64,000 nucleotides of DNA from Octopus vulgaris (taxonomy: Eukaryota), in assembly GCA_951406725.2 (NCBI GenBank), contig OX597814.1, forward strand, positions 8,680,001 to 8,744,000. The letters run 5' to 3'. The first letter of the stretch is position 1. Each line of letters opens with the position of its first letter. Shown here one piece after another: positions 26,708 through 40,614 of the stretch. The position numbers and the translations under genes are program-made. The notes below the pieces were generated by a model. The model ran no database searches and was not told where the DNA came from. It was given only the letters and a program-made list of their open reading frames with translations.

Positions 26708-29700
26708 CATCATCATCGTTTAACATCCGCTTTCCATGCTAGCATGTGTTGGACGATTTTGACTGAGGGCTGGTGAACCAGATGGCTGCACCAGGCTTCA
26801 ATCTTGATTTGGCAGAGTTTCTACAGCTGGATGCCCTTCCTAATACCAACCACTCCGAGAGTGTAGTGGGTGCTTTTACGTGCCAGTCAGGCAGTACTGA
26901 CAATAACCTCACTCGAATCTTTTTATACATGCTGCCTTTTACGTGCCACCAGCACGGAGGCCAGTTAGCCACTCTGGCAACGATCACGCTTAGATTGTGC
27001 TCTTGGCACCCTACTAGCATAGGGCTAATACAGCGATGCTGGTAGCGATCACACTCGAATGGTGCCTTTTATGTGTCACTGGCACAGAAGCCGGTTAGCC
27101 GCTCTGTCAACGATCACACTCGTATGGTGCTCTTTGCACCCCACTAGTAAGGATGCCAGTCATTGAATTTGATTTTGATTTTGATTGCTCTTGCCTCAAC
27201 AGGTCTTCACAAGCTGAGTTTAGTGTCCAAAGAAGGAAAAGCTACACATAAGTGGACTGGTTACGCCCCTGGCATAGGCCACGAGGTTATGGTCTCATTT
27301 GGCTTGCTGGGTCTTCTCAAGCATGGCATATTTCCAAAGGTCTCGGTCACTAGTCATTTCCTTGGTGAGACCTAATGTTCGAAAATCGTGCTTCACCACC
27401 TCATCCCAGGTCTTCCTGGGTCTATCTCTTCCACAGGTTCCCTCAACCACTAGGGTGTGGCACTTTCTCACACAGCTATCCACATCCATTCTCACCTCAT
27501 GACCATACCAGCGCAGTCGCCTCTCTTGCACACTACATCTAATGCTTCTTAGGTCCACCCTTTTTCTCAAGGCACTAACACTCTGTTGTATATGCGCACT
27601 GACATTACACATCCAACGGAGCATGCTGGCTTCATTCCTGGCAAGCTTACACATGCCCTCAGCAGTTACGGCCCATGTTTCACTGCCATGTAGCATGGCT
27701 GTTTGTACACATGTGTCATACAGTCTACCTTTTACTCTGAGCGATAGGCCCTTTGTCACCAGTAGAGGTAAGAGCTCTCTGAATTTTGCCCAAGCTATTC
27801 TTATTCTAGCAGCTACACTTTCAGCACACCTTCCCCCGCTACTGACTTGGTCACCTAGGTAACAGAAGCTATCAACTATTTCTAGTTTTTCTCCCTGAAA
27901 TGTGGTGGAAGTTGTTCTCTACACATTTTCAGTGTTTATTGCTCCTGAGCATCTGCCACATACAAAAACTATCTTCCCAGTTAGCCTTCCTTTGACATTG
28001 CTGCACCTCTTATGTGTCCATAGCTTACACTTGGTACATCTTATGGAGTCTCTACCTACACCTTTTCTACAGATCGAGCGGGACCATCTACCTGAAGGGT
28101 TTTGTGGTTTGTCTGCCTTCCTACTTATCAGGACTTTGGTTTTAGCCAAGTTGACTCTAAGGCCCTTCGATTCTAATCCTTGCTTCCACACCAGAAACTT
28201 CTCTTCTAATTAGAGCAAGGTCATCATCATAGAGGAGCTCTCAAGGGCATCCAGTCTTGAATTGCCTCTGTTATTGCCCAGAGGACTATGATAAATAGGA
28301 GGGGGCTGAGGACTGAGCCTTGGTGGACCCCTACCTCTCCCTAGAATTCTTCACTGTACTCATTGCCAACCCTCACCTTACTGACATTGTCCGTGTACAT
28401 GGCTTGCACAGCTCTCACTAAGCATTCCTCATTGACCACCAGATAAGGGATCGGGGGACCCTGTCAAAGGCTTTCTCTATGTCAATGAAAGCCAGGTACA
28501 GAGGTTTATCTTTGGCTAGGTATTTCTCCTGCAGCTGTCTTACCAGAAATATAGCATCAGTGGTGCTTTTCCCTGGCACGAACCCAAACTGCATCTCACC
28601 TAAGCTGACTCTCTTCCTAATTAGTTGGGGCAATGACGCTCTCCATGACCTTCATTGCCTGATTCAAGAACTTGGTACCTCTGTAATTATTTGTATCTGA
28701 AGCGTCACCTTTACCTTTGTAGCAGTTGACTATAGTGCTGCTACACCAGTCATTTGGTATTACTCCTTTGTGTATCACCTGGTTAACTATACAGGTGACA
28801 AGGCTACAGCCGACACCACCAGATATTTTGAGCATCTCTGCAGTGACTCCTAATGGGCCAGGGGCTTTCCCTGTCAATTCGGATAACTGTTCCCTCTGTT
28901 GGGTCGCCATTCGTCAGACTCTCTTTCTCCCATTCATTGTCTTTATTCAGCAACCTTTCATAGTGGCATCTCCAAACCTCTCTCTTTGCAGCCTCATCAT
29001 GTGCAAGTGAGCCACCATCCATGCGAACACATTTCTCTCCTACCACATCACAATTCTCTCTCACACACTGTCTTGCAACACGAAATACCTCAAGCCTTTG
29101 GTCCACACGGCAGAGAACATTGGCAAATTTTTTCTTATCTGCTTCCCCTCTGGCTAAATACACCTGCCTCCTAGCTTCCCTTCTGGCAGTCTGATACAAT
29201 TCCCTGCTTCCACCGTTCTACCAGTCCTTCCAAGCTTGTTTCCTTTGTCTAATAGCCCTGTCTACAACATTGTTCAACCACCACATTATTTTGGGTCGAG
29301 AGGGGACTTTGCACCATCCATAGATCTGGTCAGTCGCCCTCAACAGGTTGTTCTGTAGAAACCTCCATTTGTCTTCCACATCATTTGATGCTGTATCCCC
29401 TTCTATTTAATCAAAGGCTTCAAGTAAATCTCTGTCCATTTGCAGGATCTTTAACCTTCCAGACCTTTCTCCTCCATGCTGGTCGTCTTCTGGGCATCCA
29501 TTTAGCCCTGATCCTGAAGTCACTAACTACTAGTCTATGTTGTGGGGTACATTCTTTGCCTGGGAAGGTATTGACATTTATAAGCAGCCATCTTTCCCTT
29601 TTTCTGGCGAGGATGTAGTCAATTTGACTAGTGTGTTTGCAAAACTGGTAGGTGACTAGGTAACTGGCGGGTTTCCTGAAGTTAGTATTTCAAACCATAA

Positions 29701-30897
29701 GATCATTTGCATCGCAGAACTCCAGCAGCCTGGTTTCCTCCTCATTGCGGGAACCAAAACCATAGCCTCCATGTACGCCATGGAAGCCTCCTGCATGTTG
29801 TTCAACATGCCCATTGAAGTCACCAGCCAAAAAGAGAAGGTCCCCGTCATTTGTCAACAAGGTAGTCTGCAAGAGGGTGTCATAGAATCGGTCTTTCTGT
29901 CCATCACGTAGTCCCAACAAAGGGGCATGTGCCGAGATAATGGTTGCTAACCCATGATTAAGCACTAATCTAATCTTAAATATTGTCACATACTCTGACT
30001 ACCTCGATTACCTTATCTACCCATTTCTCTGCAAGAAGCATACCCACGCCCGCAACCCCATCAGTGTTCCCGGTCCAGAAAATCTTGTACCTGTGTTCTT
30101 TGCCTGTGAGGAACCTAGTGGGACCTCCTTTCCACTTTACTTCTTGGAGGCAGCACAAATTGACACAAATCTGTACAAGCATCTCAACAATCTCACCAGA
30201 CATACCTTTCAGTGTGCCGATGCTGAGAGTGCCAACCCTAAGGGTGTGCGAGGTGTGGTCCCATGAGACCCTGGGACAGGAGACAGCAGTATCATGTACC
30301 TGAAATAAAGCTGGCATTTGCAGAATTCATAAACAAACAATAACCTTCAGTTCAACCTCCATACACTACACTATCAAATTTTTGCACTATATGATCACTA
30401 CCTTATATAGTAGGGGTGGGGATGGTGTAAAGCCTTTAGAAGTGTTTATGGGAGACAAACAAAGGATGAGAGAGGATAGGAACTTCCGATACAGGTGGCG
30501 GGGTTGGGAGGGTGGACATGCCATGAACTAGCCAATTTAAATGAGAGCATCTTCTGGATATGTATTCTTTCAGCAGAGGTATTAAAAATCGAGTAGGGGA
30601 ATCTGAGTGCATGCTCTAGTTTATATAGGGTGGTGGTGGGGTGGAGGAGGAAGTCTTGGTGAAGTGAGTGATAATCGAGAGAGAGAGAGAGAGAGACAGA
30701 GTGAGGCAGAGAGAGAGAAGGGGTGCCAGAGTCAAGGTGGTCAGAACACGAGGGAGAAAAATATTCTTTTGGGATTTTGGGTAACATAATTTAATGAAAC
30801 AGCAAATGTTGATAATAGTAAAATAGAATTGAAAAATCTGTGAGTTTTCGGTCAGCCCATCTAAGACAAAATTAGAAAAATAAGTGACTGAGTGATA
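26708..30897 (-). mobile_element. Decayed RTE-clade LINE copy 2 with 3' UTR and (ATG)n tail; inverted partner of 16352-19706
   Basis: Same APE, RT and PHD motifs; 3' UTR with imperfect tandem repeats; shared upstream segment. Confidence 0.9.
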
Positions 30898-30975
30898 AAC
30901 TTATATATATATTAGACTGAATGAGATAACAAAGCGAAGGGTTTGAGGATTTTTCTGGACATTTATACAGAAATA

Positions 30976-31023
30976 GTCCTACAGCTGTTTCTGGGATATT
31001 ATGAATATCCCTTCATCAGAGAC
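30976..31023 (-). ncRNA. Minimal type I hammerhead ribozyme motif with intact core
   Basis: Minus strand GTCT-CTGATGA-AGGGATATT-CAT-AATATCCCA-GAAA-CAGCTG-TA-GGAC; palindromic stem III as in Penelope-type minimal hammerheads. Confidence 0.7.
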
Positions 31024-31118
31024 ACTGTGAGAAAATATTTGTGTTCAGATTACAATGGAAAAGGAGGTGATAGGGAATATAGAGGGAAATAAGAGAATGA
31101 AAGTAGAAATAAGATATA

Positions 31119-33385
31119 CTAGTAGTATAGCCCGGCATTGCCTGGGATTAAGTTAGGATTATTAAGTTAATCAAGTGCTTTGTTTCAAACCAAACTAAGT
31201 AACACTGACATCAAATTTGAGTGAAATCCATTGAAATTGGTAAATGTTTGACAATTTGATTGGGAAATCCCATAAAGAATCGGTCTATCGATTTTTCCAC
31301 TCATCAATTATTTTATTTTCTTGAAGAACTTAAAGCATTCAAAGATCCCATGAGTCTTAAGTGATGCTGGCATCAAGTTTGAACAAAATACGTCAAAACT
31401 GGTAAAAGTTATGGTTGAAAAAGGGGTGTAGCCAATTTTAGTGGGAAATCCTATAAGGAATCAGTTTATCAATTTTTCATCTTAATTGAATGGAAAACCC
31501 CATAAGAAATCAGTTTATTGATCTTTCATCCCAAATAGGACTTAACCGAACACAACACTACTGATTAAATAAAATCTATATTTATACTTTTAAGTTGGTT
31601 TTCACACCCAACCCACTTCTGCAGAATCAGTGTCACGACGGGAACATATGGGTTGGGAGTTTGACCAGCAGAAGTAATCAGGTTGCACATGCTGGCCCCC
31701 TTTGGACCCCCCCCCCCCCCATCATCTAACCCCACTTGGCCCATGGGTTGGGAGCCTTTCTGGCAAAGAAAATAGAATGGCCAAAAAGGCTCCCAATTCT
31801 CTGTGTCTAAGCCTTAACCTAAGCCTTAGTTAACCTAACATAAGCCTCAAAACCAAACATATCATTGCTGATTCAAAAACATCTATATTTATACTTTAAA
31901 GTTGGTTTTTCACACCCAACCCAGTTCTGCAAAATCAGTGTCATGGCGAGAATGCATGGGTTGGGAGTTTGACCAGCAGAGGTGATCAGGTAGCACATGC
32001 CAGCCCTTTCAATCCCCCCACCACATCATCTAACCACTCTTTTGGCCCATAGGTTTGGAACCTTTCTGGCACGGAAAAATAGAATGCCCAAAGGAGCTCC
32101 CGATCCTCTGTGTCAGAAGAGGTTATGTTCTGATCACAACTAAGCCTTAACCTAAGCTTAAGCTAAGCTAGTGAAAGAGGGCTCAGGAGCCTCTAAAAGG
32201 CAGCAACTAATCCTGACCTAGTCCTAACTCTTCCCAGGGGCACTACCAGTCAAGGCTGCATTGAAGATATACATTGGAGAAGGTTGCTTCAGAGATCTGC
32301 ATTGGAGAAGGTTGCATTGAAGGTTTGCATTGGAGATCTACACACCAGGAACTGCAATCTGCAGAAGTTTAATGGCATGTCTGACCCCAAGGGATAAAGA
32401 TGCATCCTTGAAAACATTTCCCCCCTCCCACATCCTATAACAATCGTGGCCTTAAAAAAGGGAGGCGACAGGGACTTGACTACCAAGCGGGTCCCGTTGC
32501 ACTGTTTAGGTGGATAAAGTGTGTACTCTTTATCCCATTTGAGTTGTTGCTTTGAGGTGTTCCACTCATTGGATAGCAGGTTTTTTTTTGAGAGGTGGGA
32601 TTAAAGCAGTGATTTATTTCTGGTATCATTATATCATCGAATATTTTATGGCAGGTGATAAGTTTCAGCGAGGGCTATCTTTTGTTTTGAGTCACAGAGT
32701 TGTCAATGATCTATCAGCTGTTCAGGTACAGCATTCGGTAAATTCCATAAAAATTTTTTTATTTGTTTTTTGAACTAGAAATGTACATTTCGTTTGATGT
32801 CAGTATAAAGTGAAAGAGAGAGAAAATGATGGGGTCATGTGTATATGTTGATGGTGGGGTGCAAGATAAAAAGTGTGTGTGTGGGAGAGAGAGAGAGAGT
32901 GACAGCATATATTTTTAAAATTTATTTTTCCTCACATCTTTTTTAAGTGAGTGATTGACTGAAAGAGAGAGAGTGTGTGTGATAGTGTAATGCCCCTCTC
33001 TCTCTCTCTCTTTCTCAGTCAAACACACACTAAAAATAGATGCAAGAAAAAGTAAATAAACAAAATTTACGCTCTCTCTCTCTCTCACACACACACATCA
33101 ACACCAACACACACCTTCTCTTCACCATTGCTAACTCATGTTAGCAAACTTACAGATTTCACTGATGTTCAAAATTGGTAAAAGTTATGGTTGAAAATTG
33201 ATTTTTACCATAATCTGCAGATGCCTCAGGAAAAATAATTTGACAAAAGCACAGCCATGGTTTTGACCAATGTCTTCCTAAAATTGGAGTGACATGCATG
33301 CTAATTTGTGGACGTGCATAAATTACATTCACATACACACACACACACACATACACACACATCCTGCCTTTTATAGATATAAAGA
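31119..33385 (-). mobile_element. Non-autonomous Helitron (internal deletion derivative)
   Basis: Minus strand A|TCTTTATATC start; 3' hairpin CCCAGGCAATGCCGGG then CTAG|T; helicase remnant CNGTRLVVKSL..RLQF at ~32350-32510; internal ~300-bp direct repeat. Confidence 0.85.
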
Positions 33386-33474
33386 TGTTGCAGTTCCACT
33401 ATTTGAGAAAAATGGTGTATAGAAATGGTAAAAAAGTTTCCTGTAATGGTAAGTTCCAATGTGTGTGTGTGTGT

Positions 33475-33547
<73 letters not shown>

Positions 33548-33927
33548 TACCCTTGACTTCACATCATGTGATTGTTGTAATTGAACATCATCGTCATAAA
33601 AGCAATGTCGTTTACTGCCATTCTTCCTCGAGAAAACACACTTTGTCATGGGGAAATGTTACGTTTGCATGAAAACAGGTGAGTGTTAGCAACAGGAAAG
33701 GCATTCGGCCATAGAAAACCTACATAAACAAATTCCATCTAAATGATGCAAGCATGGGAAAGTCGATGTTAAAATATCCCCACCCCCACCACTGCTGCAG
33801 ATCAAAAGAGAAAAAAAAGTCATTAAAAAGAATTGCAATAAATTTAACTTTTTAGAGAAACTGAAAAGTCATTCACTTATTGAAAATGCCTTTTTTTGTA
33901 TTGAACAATTTATAACTTCGTACTAAA

Positions 33928-34827
33928 CGAGAGGGTACCCAAAAGAAACCAGAATTTGCAATATTATTTCATTTACTTAGTTTTACATGTTTACATGTTT
34001 GTCACCTTCAAAGTATTCTCTATTTCAGGCAATGCATTGGTCCAGGTGTGTTTTCCACTATTCAAAGCAGTGCTGGAATACTTGCAAAATGATGCCTTTT
34101 AACACCTCCATTGTTTTTTTTCCTTCACCTTTCCACATCTGTAAATTCCATAGCACCAGCTTTCATCACTAGTGATGATCTTTGAAAAATGGCCCAGATC
34201 ATCTTCCAACTTTTCATTCAGTTCAAGACATGCATTCGGTCATGACTGTTTTTGATCTTCCATGAGCAAGTGAGGCACAAATTTTGCGACAACTCTTTTT
34301 ATTTGCAATTCTTTATTCAAAATTCGTTGCCAGGAGATCCAGGACAGACCAGTCATATCAGCAAGTTTGTCAATTGTTCAGTGATGGTCCTAAAGGTTCA
34401 GTCCATGAATTTTCATAATGTTTTCATTCATTCAGAAGGTCGATGGTCGTCCTGAATGAGGTGGTCTTCAAGCAACAAGTGACAATTCCTAAAGTGTGGA
34501 AACCATTTGCATACTTGTGTTTTGCTCATGGCAGCTTCGTTGTAAGATGTTTGAGACTTGGCAACTGTTTCACCGCTTTCCCAGTAGAAAATAGAATTTC
34601 ATGGAAGCATGCTATTCCTTTATTTCAGCCATCACAAAAATTGATGAACAGGGGAGAAGCACTGCATAATAAAGATGTACCATGTAGCAATACAACTTCA
34701 ATCGACAATGCTGGTTGGCAGACTGATGGCTGAGGGTCGCATCAAGCGGCTTCTAGTGGCAGAAGCCTGAACTACAATGAGTTTGACGTACAAAGAATGT
34801 TTCAGGTTACTTTTGGGTAACCCTTTG
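33928..34827 (-). mobile_element. Internally deleted mariner-type transposon
   Basis: Imperfect TIRs gagggtacccaaaagaaacc / ggttacttttgggtaaccct; minus-strand C-terminus WKTHLDQCIA..EYFEGDK. Confidence 0.75.
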
Positions 34828-35010
34828 TATGAGCAATAGTCAAGTTTGCATCGTATCAGATAAATGATCATAATTAACCCTTGTTATTTTTGCAAGACAG
34901 GATGCACAGAGTGAGACAAGAGTATTTTACCAACAGCAATAAATTATCATTATTATTGTTACTATTATTGTTGTTGTTGTTGTTATTGATGATGCTTTGG
35001 CTGGACCTGT

Positions 35011-38000
35011 TTATTGAGCTCTCTGTAAGTGGGTATTAATTGTTGTGTTTCGTGAATTTTGATCACTGTTTTGTTTGCTGAACCTTTTTTGGTGTACAGA
35101 AGGGGTTCTTTTGTTAAAAGTTCCCCCTTTAGGGGCAAATTTTAAACGTTTGGTCCTTTTTTTACCAAAAAGAAAATTGTGTTTGTTCTTCATTTTCACG
35201 AAAAGCAATATGGAGTCTATCATGGAGGGGAGTGTTTCTGGCTGTTGTAATAGCCAGTACACTGTTGATATCCTCTCTTCACAGCACTAGCAGGAACAGC
35301 AGTACCAACACCACCAGCACCACCACCATCAACAACAAAAACCAAGAATTCACCAAGATCTCCACTACCATGAACACAGATAACACAGAAAAGAAAGAAA
35401 AATCAACGACTACAAGCAAACCAGACAAACGTGGTTTCACATCAGCCACTGAACAAACAAAATAAAAAAATGAATTTTACTTTAGATGAGATAAAAGATG
35501 CAAAGGAGCTGTTAAGGAGGGATGGGAACAATGTCCTCCTTAACATCCCACAGAATTTAATAGGAGAGACAAACAAAAAGACCATAACTTATAAAGTTTT
35601 GAACATAAAAAAGAAACTAGTTGAACAGGCCACTCAACAACAGTTGGAGGTCATTCTAAAGCCTATATGAAAACAAAAGACCTATGTGACATAAGGAAGA
35701 TACTTCGGCACCATGGAAAGGCATTTTGCAACAGAAGAAGAAGCAAAACAGCATTCCACAGGTCAGGGGTTGGGGCTCCTTGTTCAAATTGAACAAGAGG
35801 CCTTAAATTCAATCCCTGACTCAATAAACCTATCTGACAGATTCAGACTACATGTGGCTGTGGAGGGCAGAAGGCCTAGATGCTATTTCTGTGGTGATCA
35901 AGACCACCCCAGGCTCACCTACCCTAAAGAAAAAAAGCTGAGGCGACTAGCCCTTTTGCCAACACCAGCACCAGGGAACCTCCAGTATAGCAGCAGCAAC
36001 AACAACAGCAGATACAGTGGCAGCAGGAACTAGTGGTCGCCACATCACCAACACCATCACCATCACCACCACCCAACGTTGCCTCCAGTCATTGCCAGGG
36101 CACCACGAATACGAAAAACAAAGATACCAGCCAAGCAGTAGCAACAAATGAACCCCAACAAAACCAAGATCCAGAGAAAATCCCCCTTCCCAACCCAAAC
36201 ATCTCAGACTGTTTCAGTACTGAAGTCGAGAGGTAGGGGTGGCACACAGTCCACACCCATCACTCCAAGAAAAGAAAGAAAAAGACAAAAGAGAAGGTAG
36301 AAGAAAAAAGGGGGAGGCGCAAAGAAGAGGAACTTCCCAACAGCAGCATCATACACACACACAACAACCACCATAAAACTCACCCAAAACACATACACCA
36401 AATTGAAATGAAACTTCTCCAAAGTTGTTGGGGCTTTTCAAAAGACCCTCACAAGAAGACTTTTTAAAAACTTCGTAGAAGCCCCCACACCAATGACCAA
36501 GGGGGCCACCCTACCAGACAACAATGGTTAGTAGAGCTTTTCTCCAACCTAAATATTTATTTTTAGCATGTTGATGCTCAGGATAGGTTGCATAAATCTC
36601 AGGGGCCTCATGTTGTCTTGGAAACAAGATCACCTTTTAAATGATCTGAAGTCCTTTAGTGTTGATGTAGCAGCCATTAGTGAAATCAGACTATCCAACT
36701 TGTGGGGACCCATCAGCCTTTCTGGTGGATACGAGGTTTTTCTATCTCCATGTCGGCCAGGAGGGGGAAGTGGTGGTACAGTGGTACTTTTCCAGAAAGG
36801 TCTAGATTTGAAAATAAAGACAGACTTCCTGGATCCAGAAGGTAAGTTGGTGGGCGTAGATGTGAACAGCAGTGACAGCAGTACCTTCAGACTGGTGGCC
36901 GTCTATGCTCCGACAGGGGCAGGGCGGTCTGATTACTTCAAGCATCTGGACGTCTTCCAGGGCAAGTCGCAGACTTTAGTATTAGTAGGGGATTGGAATG
37001 CTGTTTTAGATGGACGTTTTGATTGCATGGGTCTATCTGATAGGAGAGGTATGTGCAAAAGCCTCAAAAACCTGCTCGCATGTTTTCAGTTTTCTGACAG
37101 GTACCGACTGGATTACCTGAATGTGCCAATGTGGGCTTGGGCAAATCACATCAGGTCATCTAGATCATATCTAGATAGAGTATTCAGTAGGCCAGCAGAT
37201 AAGGATAGTGTAGTTTGTCCATAATTTCACTTAGTTGGCTACACAGACCACAAACTCATGATCTGTATGGTTGACCTAGATAGGCTTTGTAGACAGGGTC
37301 ACGGTTACTGGAAGCTAAACATCATTACCAGCATGTCAAGCTTACAGAGACTGGATTAGCATTTTAGTTAAGAGGTCATTGATAGGCAAAATTTTCAACA
37401 ACTGGTAGTTTGCTCTTAAAAGGGCAATTAGAGTAGAACCGATTGGGTTTAGCAAGGCTTTAGCAGTATAGAGAAATAAAATAGAGGGAGATTTAGTTAG
37501 AGAGTTAGATGAGGCACTTAAGACAGGCATCTCAACAGACATGTTGGCAGTGATGTTGGCCCTCAACCAAATTTTCGATGCCAAACATGAAGGCTGCATT
37601 ATTAGAGCTAAGGCACATTCACTGAGTGGGGAGAACATGAAAGCCACTCAAGATGCCTGAGTGACAGAGACAAAACATGGCAACAAAGCAACCATTCAGT
37701 TATTGGTGGACCAGAATGGGCACGAGGTGTTCAAACTGAAACAGATGTATGTAGATTTCAGCAGCGTTTTGTTCAACTGTTCAGGATGAATAGTAGGACA
37801 GATAACAAGGTAGACCTCGGTGTCTACCTGGACAGCCTGCTGCAACTCTTGGCAAGTGAGGCAGAGTACTGCAAAAGGCCAATAACAACTACAGAGATAC
37901 AGGAAGCAATGAAGAGCTGCATTAGAGGCAGATCACCAGGTTTGGATAGTCTGTCGACGAGTTTTATATTTTGATGCCAGACTTGTTTACGGGCCTCTTA

Positions 38001-39508
38001 GCAGACGTCTACTGCAACTGGAAGCATAATGGGAGAATTCCCACTTATATCTGTTGAGGGGCAGTGGCACTGTGGAGAAAGAACTCAAACAAAGGGAACA
38101 CTATAGAAAATTTCAGGACTATCACTCTGCTCAATGCAGAGTTGAAGATTTTGGCCAAGGTGTTAGCCAAGCTGGTTTATGCTTATCATAGACAAGCTGG
38201 TTGGCAAGGTGCAAACATGTGCCATCCCAACCAGGACCATTCCCGACAACCTCCACCTCATGTGCTACATAACAGAGAGAGTGGGTAATGAAGCTAGCAT
38301 GGGTGGGGCTCTGATCAAATTAGATCAATCTAAAGCCTTGAATAGGGTTGACCATCAATACTTAGCAGCTGTCCTCAAGGCAACCGGGTTCGGTATGGTT
38401 TTCCGTGAATGGATCGCTGCTTTGTACAGCAACATCTACTCAGTTGTTCAGGTGAATGGTTACCTGTCAGAGCCATTCAGTATCTTGCACTTAGTCCGTC
38501 AAGGGTACCCTCTCCCCCCACTTCTGTATGTACTGACTCTGGAGCCACTATTGCAGAAGTTGGAGGCTTTGAGAGGTGTGCCATGTGATCTAGGATGTGG
38601 GAGAAATGTGTCTGCTTATCCTGATGATGTCACCATCATAGCATTGAGCCACACTAAAAGAATATGAAACAGTGACAGAAGCAAAAATTAAAGTCAGTGG
38701 GCTTACAATGCGGTATGATGTCCAACAGTGTTGTGGGTCACTGAACAGACAGCCCAATTAAATTGCTTGGGGTCTGGTTTGGTCAAGACCTCCAGGTGGA
38801 GAAAAACTGGGATGAGGTGACAAGAAGGGTAGCCAATCTCACCCAGAAATGGACTGAGAGGAAACTGTCCATGAAAGGTCAAGCCAAGGTGGCAAAAGCA
38901 TACATTGCATCTGTCATCTATTACCACTTGACCGTTGTCCTTTGCCCCATTTGCTTGTTGACTTGTGGGTTTATGTCAAACATATGACATGGATCCAGCT
39001 ATCAGCTGAATCCACAGTGAAGATTGCCCCGTCTCCCTCCTCTGGCAAGGAGTGGCAGGCAGTTTTTATTTGTCTGGTGACTGTAGCAAAAGAGGTACTG
39101 TGATGTACTTGTCTGAAAGGGCTAAAGTCAGACACTTTCCACTTTGGCCAAGCCCTCATCAACTTCTTCAAGTTTCACTTGAAGAGGAAAGTGAGAGTGG
39201 AGAGAGAAGTGATGCCTTCTGGCAAGTTTGTTGTAAGGTGGGTGAATGTTGGAAGAATGGCCAGTGTGAAAGGACTAATTCTGAGTATACACCTGTGAAA
39301 AAATTAAAGGCACTTGTGGCTTTTGTGGGTTTTTCCACAAGGACCTTTAAAGCACCTCCCTTTTGGAAGTTTTCTTTAGTTTAACTTTTTAATGTTATAT
39401 ATATTGTTTACACAATGAAAACCCTTTGTCTCGTCTTGTATTGTCTTTTATGTTCTGTCATGTCATTTTATGTTGTTTTATGTAAGCCCTTGTGGCTAAT
39501 AAAAGAAT
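35011..39508 (+). mobile_element. Decayed Tx1/L1-clade LINE
   Basis: ORF1 knuckle-like RCYFCGDQDH; APE 36568-37224 (IGCINLRG, VYAP, GDWN, SYLDR); RT NFRTITLLN, RQGYPLPPLLY, AYPDD; AATAAA near 39500. Confidence 0.85.
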
Positions 39509-40050
39509 GCATCATCATCATCATCATCCTTGTTTTCACATCCATTATTCCCTGCTTGCATGGGTCAGATTAGTTTATTGAGGCAGACTTTCTATAGCTG
39601 GATGCTCTTCCTGATGCTGACCCTCACCTGTTTCCAAGCAAGGTAATATTTCCCCCTGGCCAGACATGGTTTCCACAGAAGAAAGGAAACAAACAACCTC
39701 ACTTGTATGCTGGGGATGCTCGTTTACAGCCATCACATGATGTCAAGACAAGAGTACAAACACACACAGTACATATATGAGGGGCCCTTGTATCAGTTTC
39801 CATCTCCCAAACCAGTTGACAAGGCTTTGGTCGGCTCAGGGCCATACTAGAAGATATTTGCTTGAGTTGCCTTACATTGGGAATTAACATGGTTAGAAAT
39901 GAATCTTTTTAACCACAAATCCATGGCTGTGCCCATAAACCAATAACAGGAATCAGATAAAAGTTGACTGAAGGAGGAAAAATCTTAATTAACACCTGAA
40001 ATAAATCATTTAAGTTTTCACTAAAATATCAAACAAACAACAAGTCCTAC

Positions 40051-40230
40051 CTCTGCTTTTACTGATTCCAAACACCGTTTCTAGATGATGCCTAAAAGCT
40101 CTGATTACTTCCTTCCGTATATCAATCAAACAAATATGTTTTATTTTAGAATCTGAGTGAGTATCAAGATATTCCTTTATAGCTGTTACTGTACAATTGG
40201 TTCCTTCTTCTATGGGTATACCATAAATAC
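40051..40230 (-). CDS. Macro-PARP-like gene exon: macrodomain 1 C-terminus
   Basis: ttacag|GT...AGAG|gtagga, 180 nt, phase 1-1; completes AIST-G-IYGIP..IKHICLID. Confidence 0.85.
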
Positions 40231-40544
40231 CTGTAATAAATAAAGTATACAACACATTTAATCCAACAAATGTTCTTACTCAAAATATATATAATTAACC
40301 TGTGATATAATTTCAGTAATTTATCAGCTGCAATGCCAAGAAACAATACAATTCCATCATTTAGAAGATCCTTTTATAAACAGGGGGAAACTTTCTAGGT
40401 GCAATACCATGGCCATTGATGACCGAGGTGGGGTGGGGGGTCTTTACCCCCATTAATATACAATGGTATTTAACAAGATCTAACTTTGTTTCTCTGTCTA
40501 TCTCTTGTTAAACACATTTCTTTTCTCCGTTGTTTGCTCAGTTA

Positions 40545-40608
<64 letters not shown>

Positions 40609-40614
40609 TTATCC

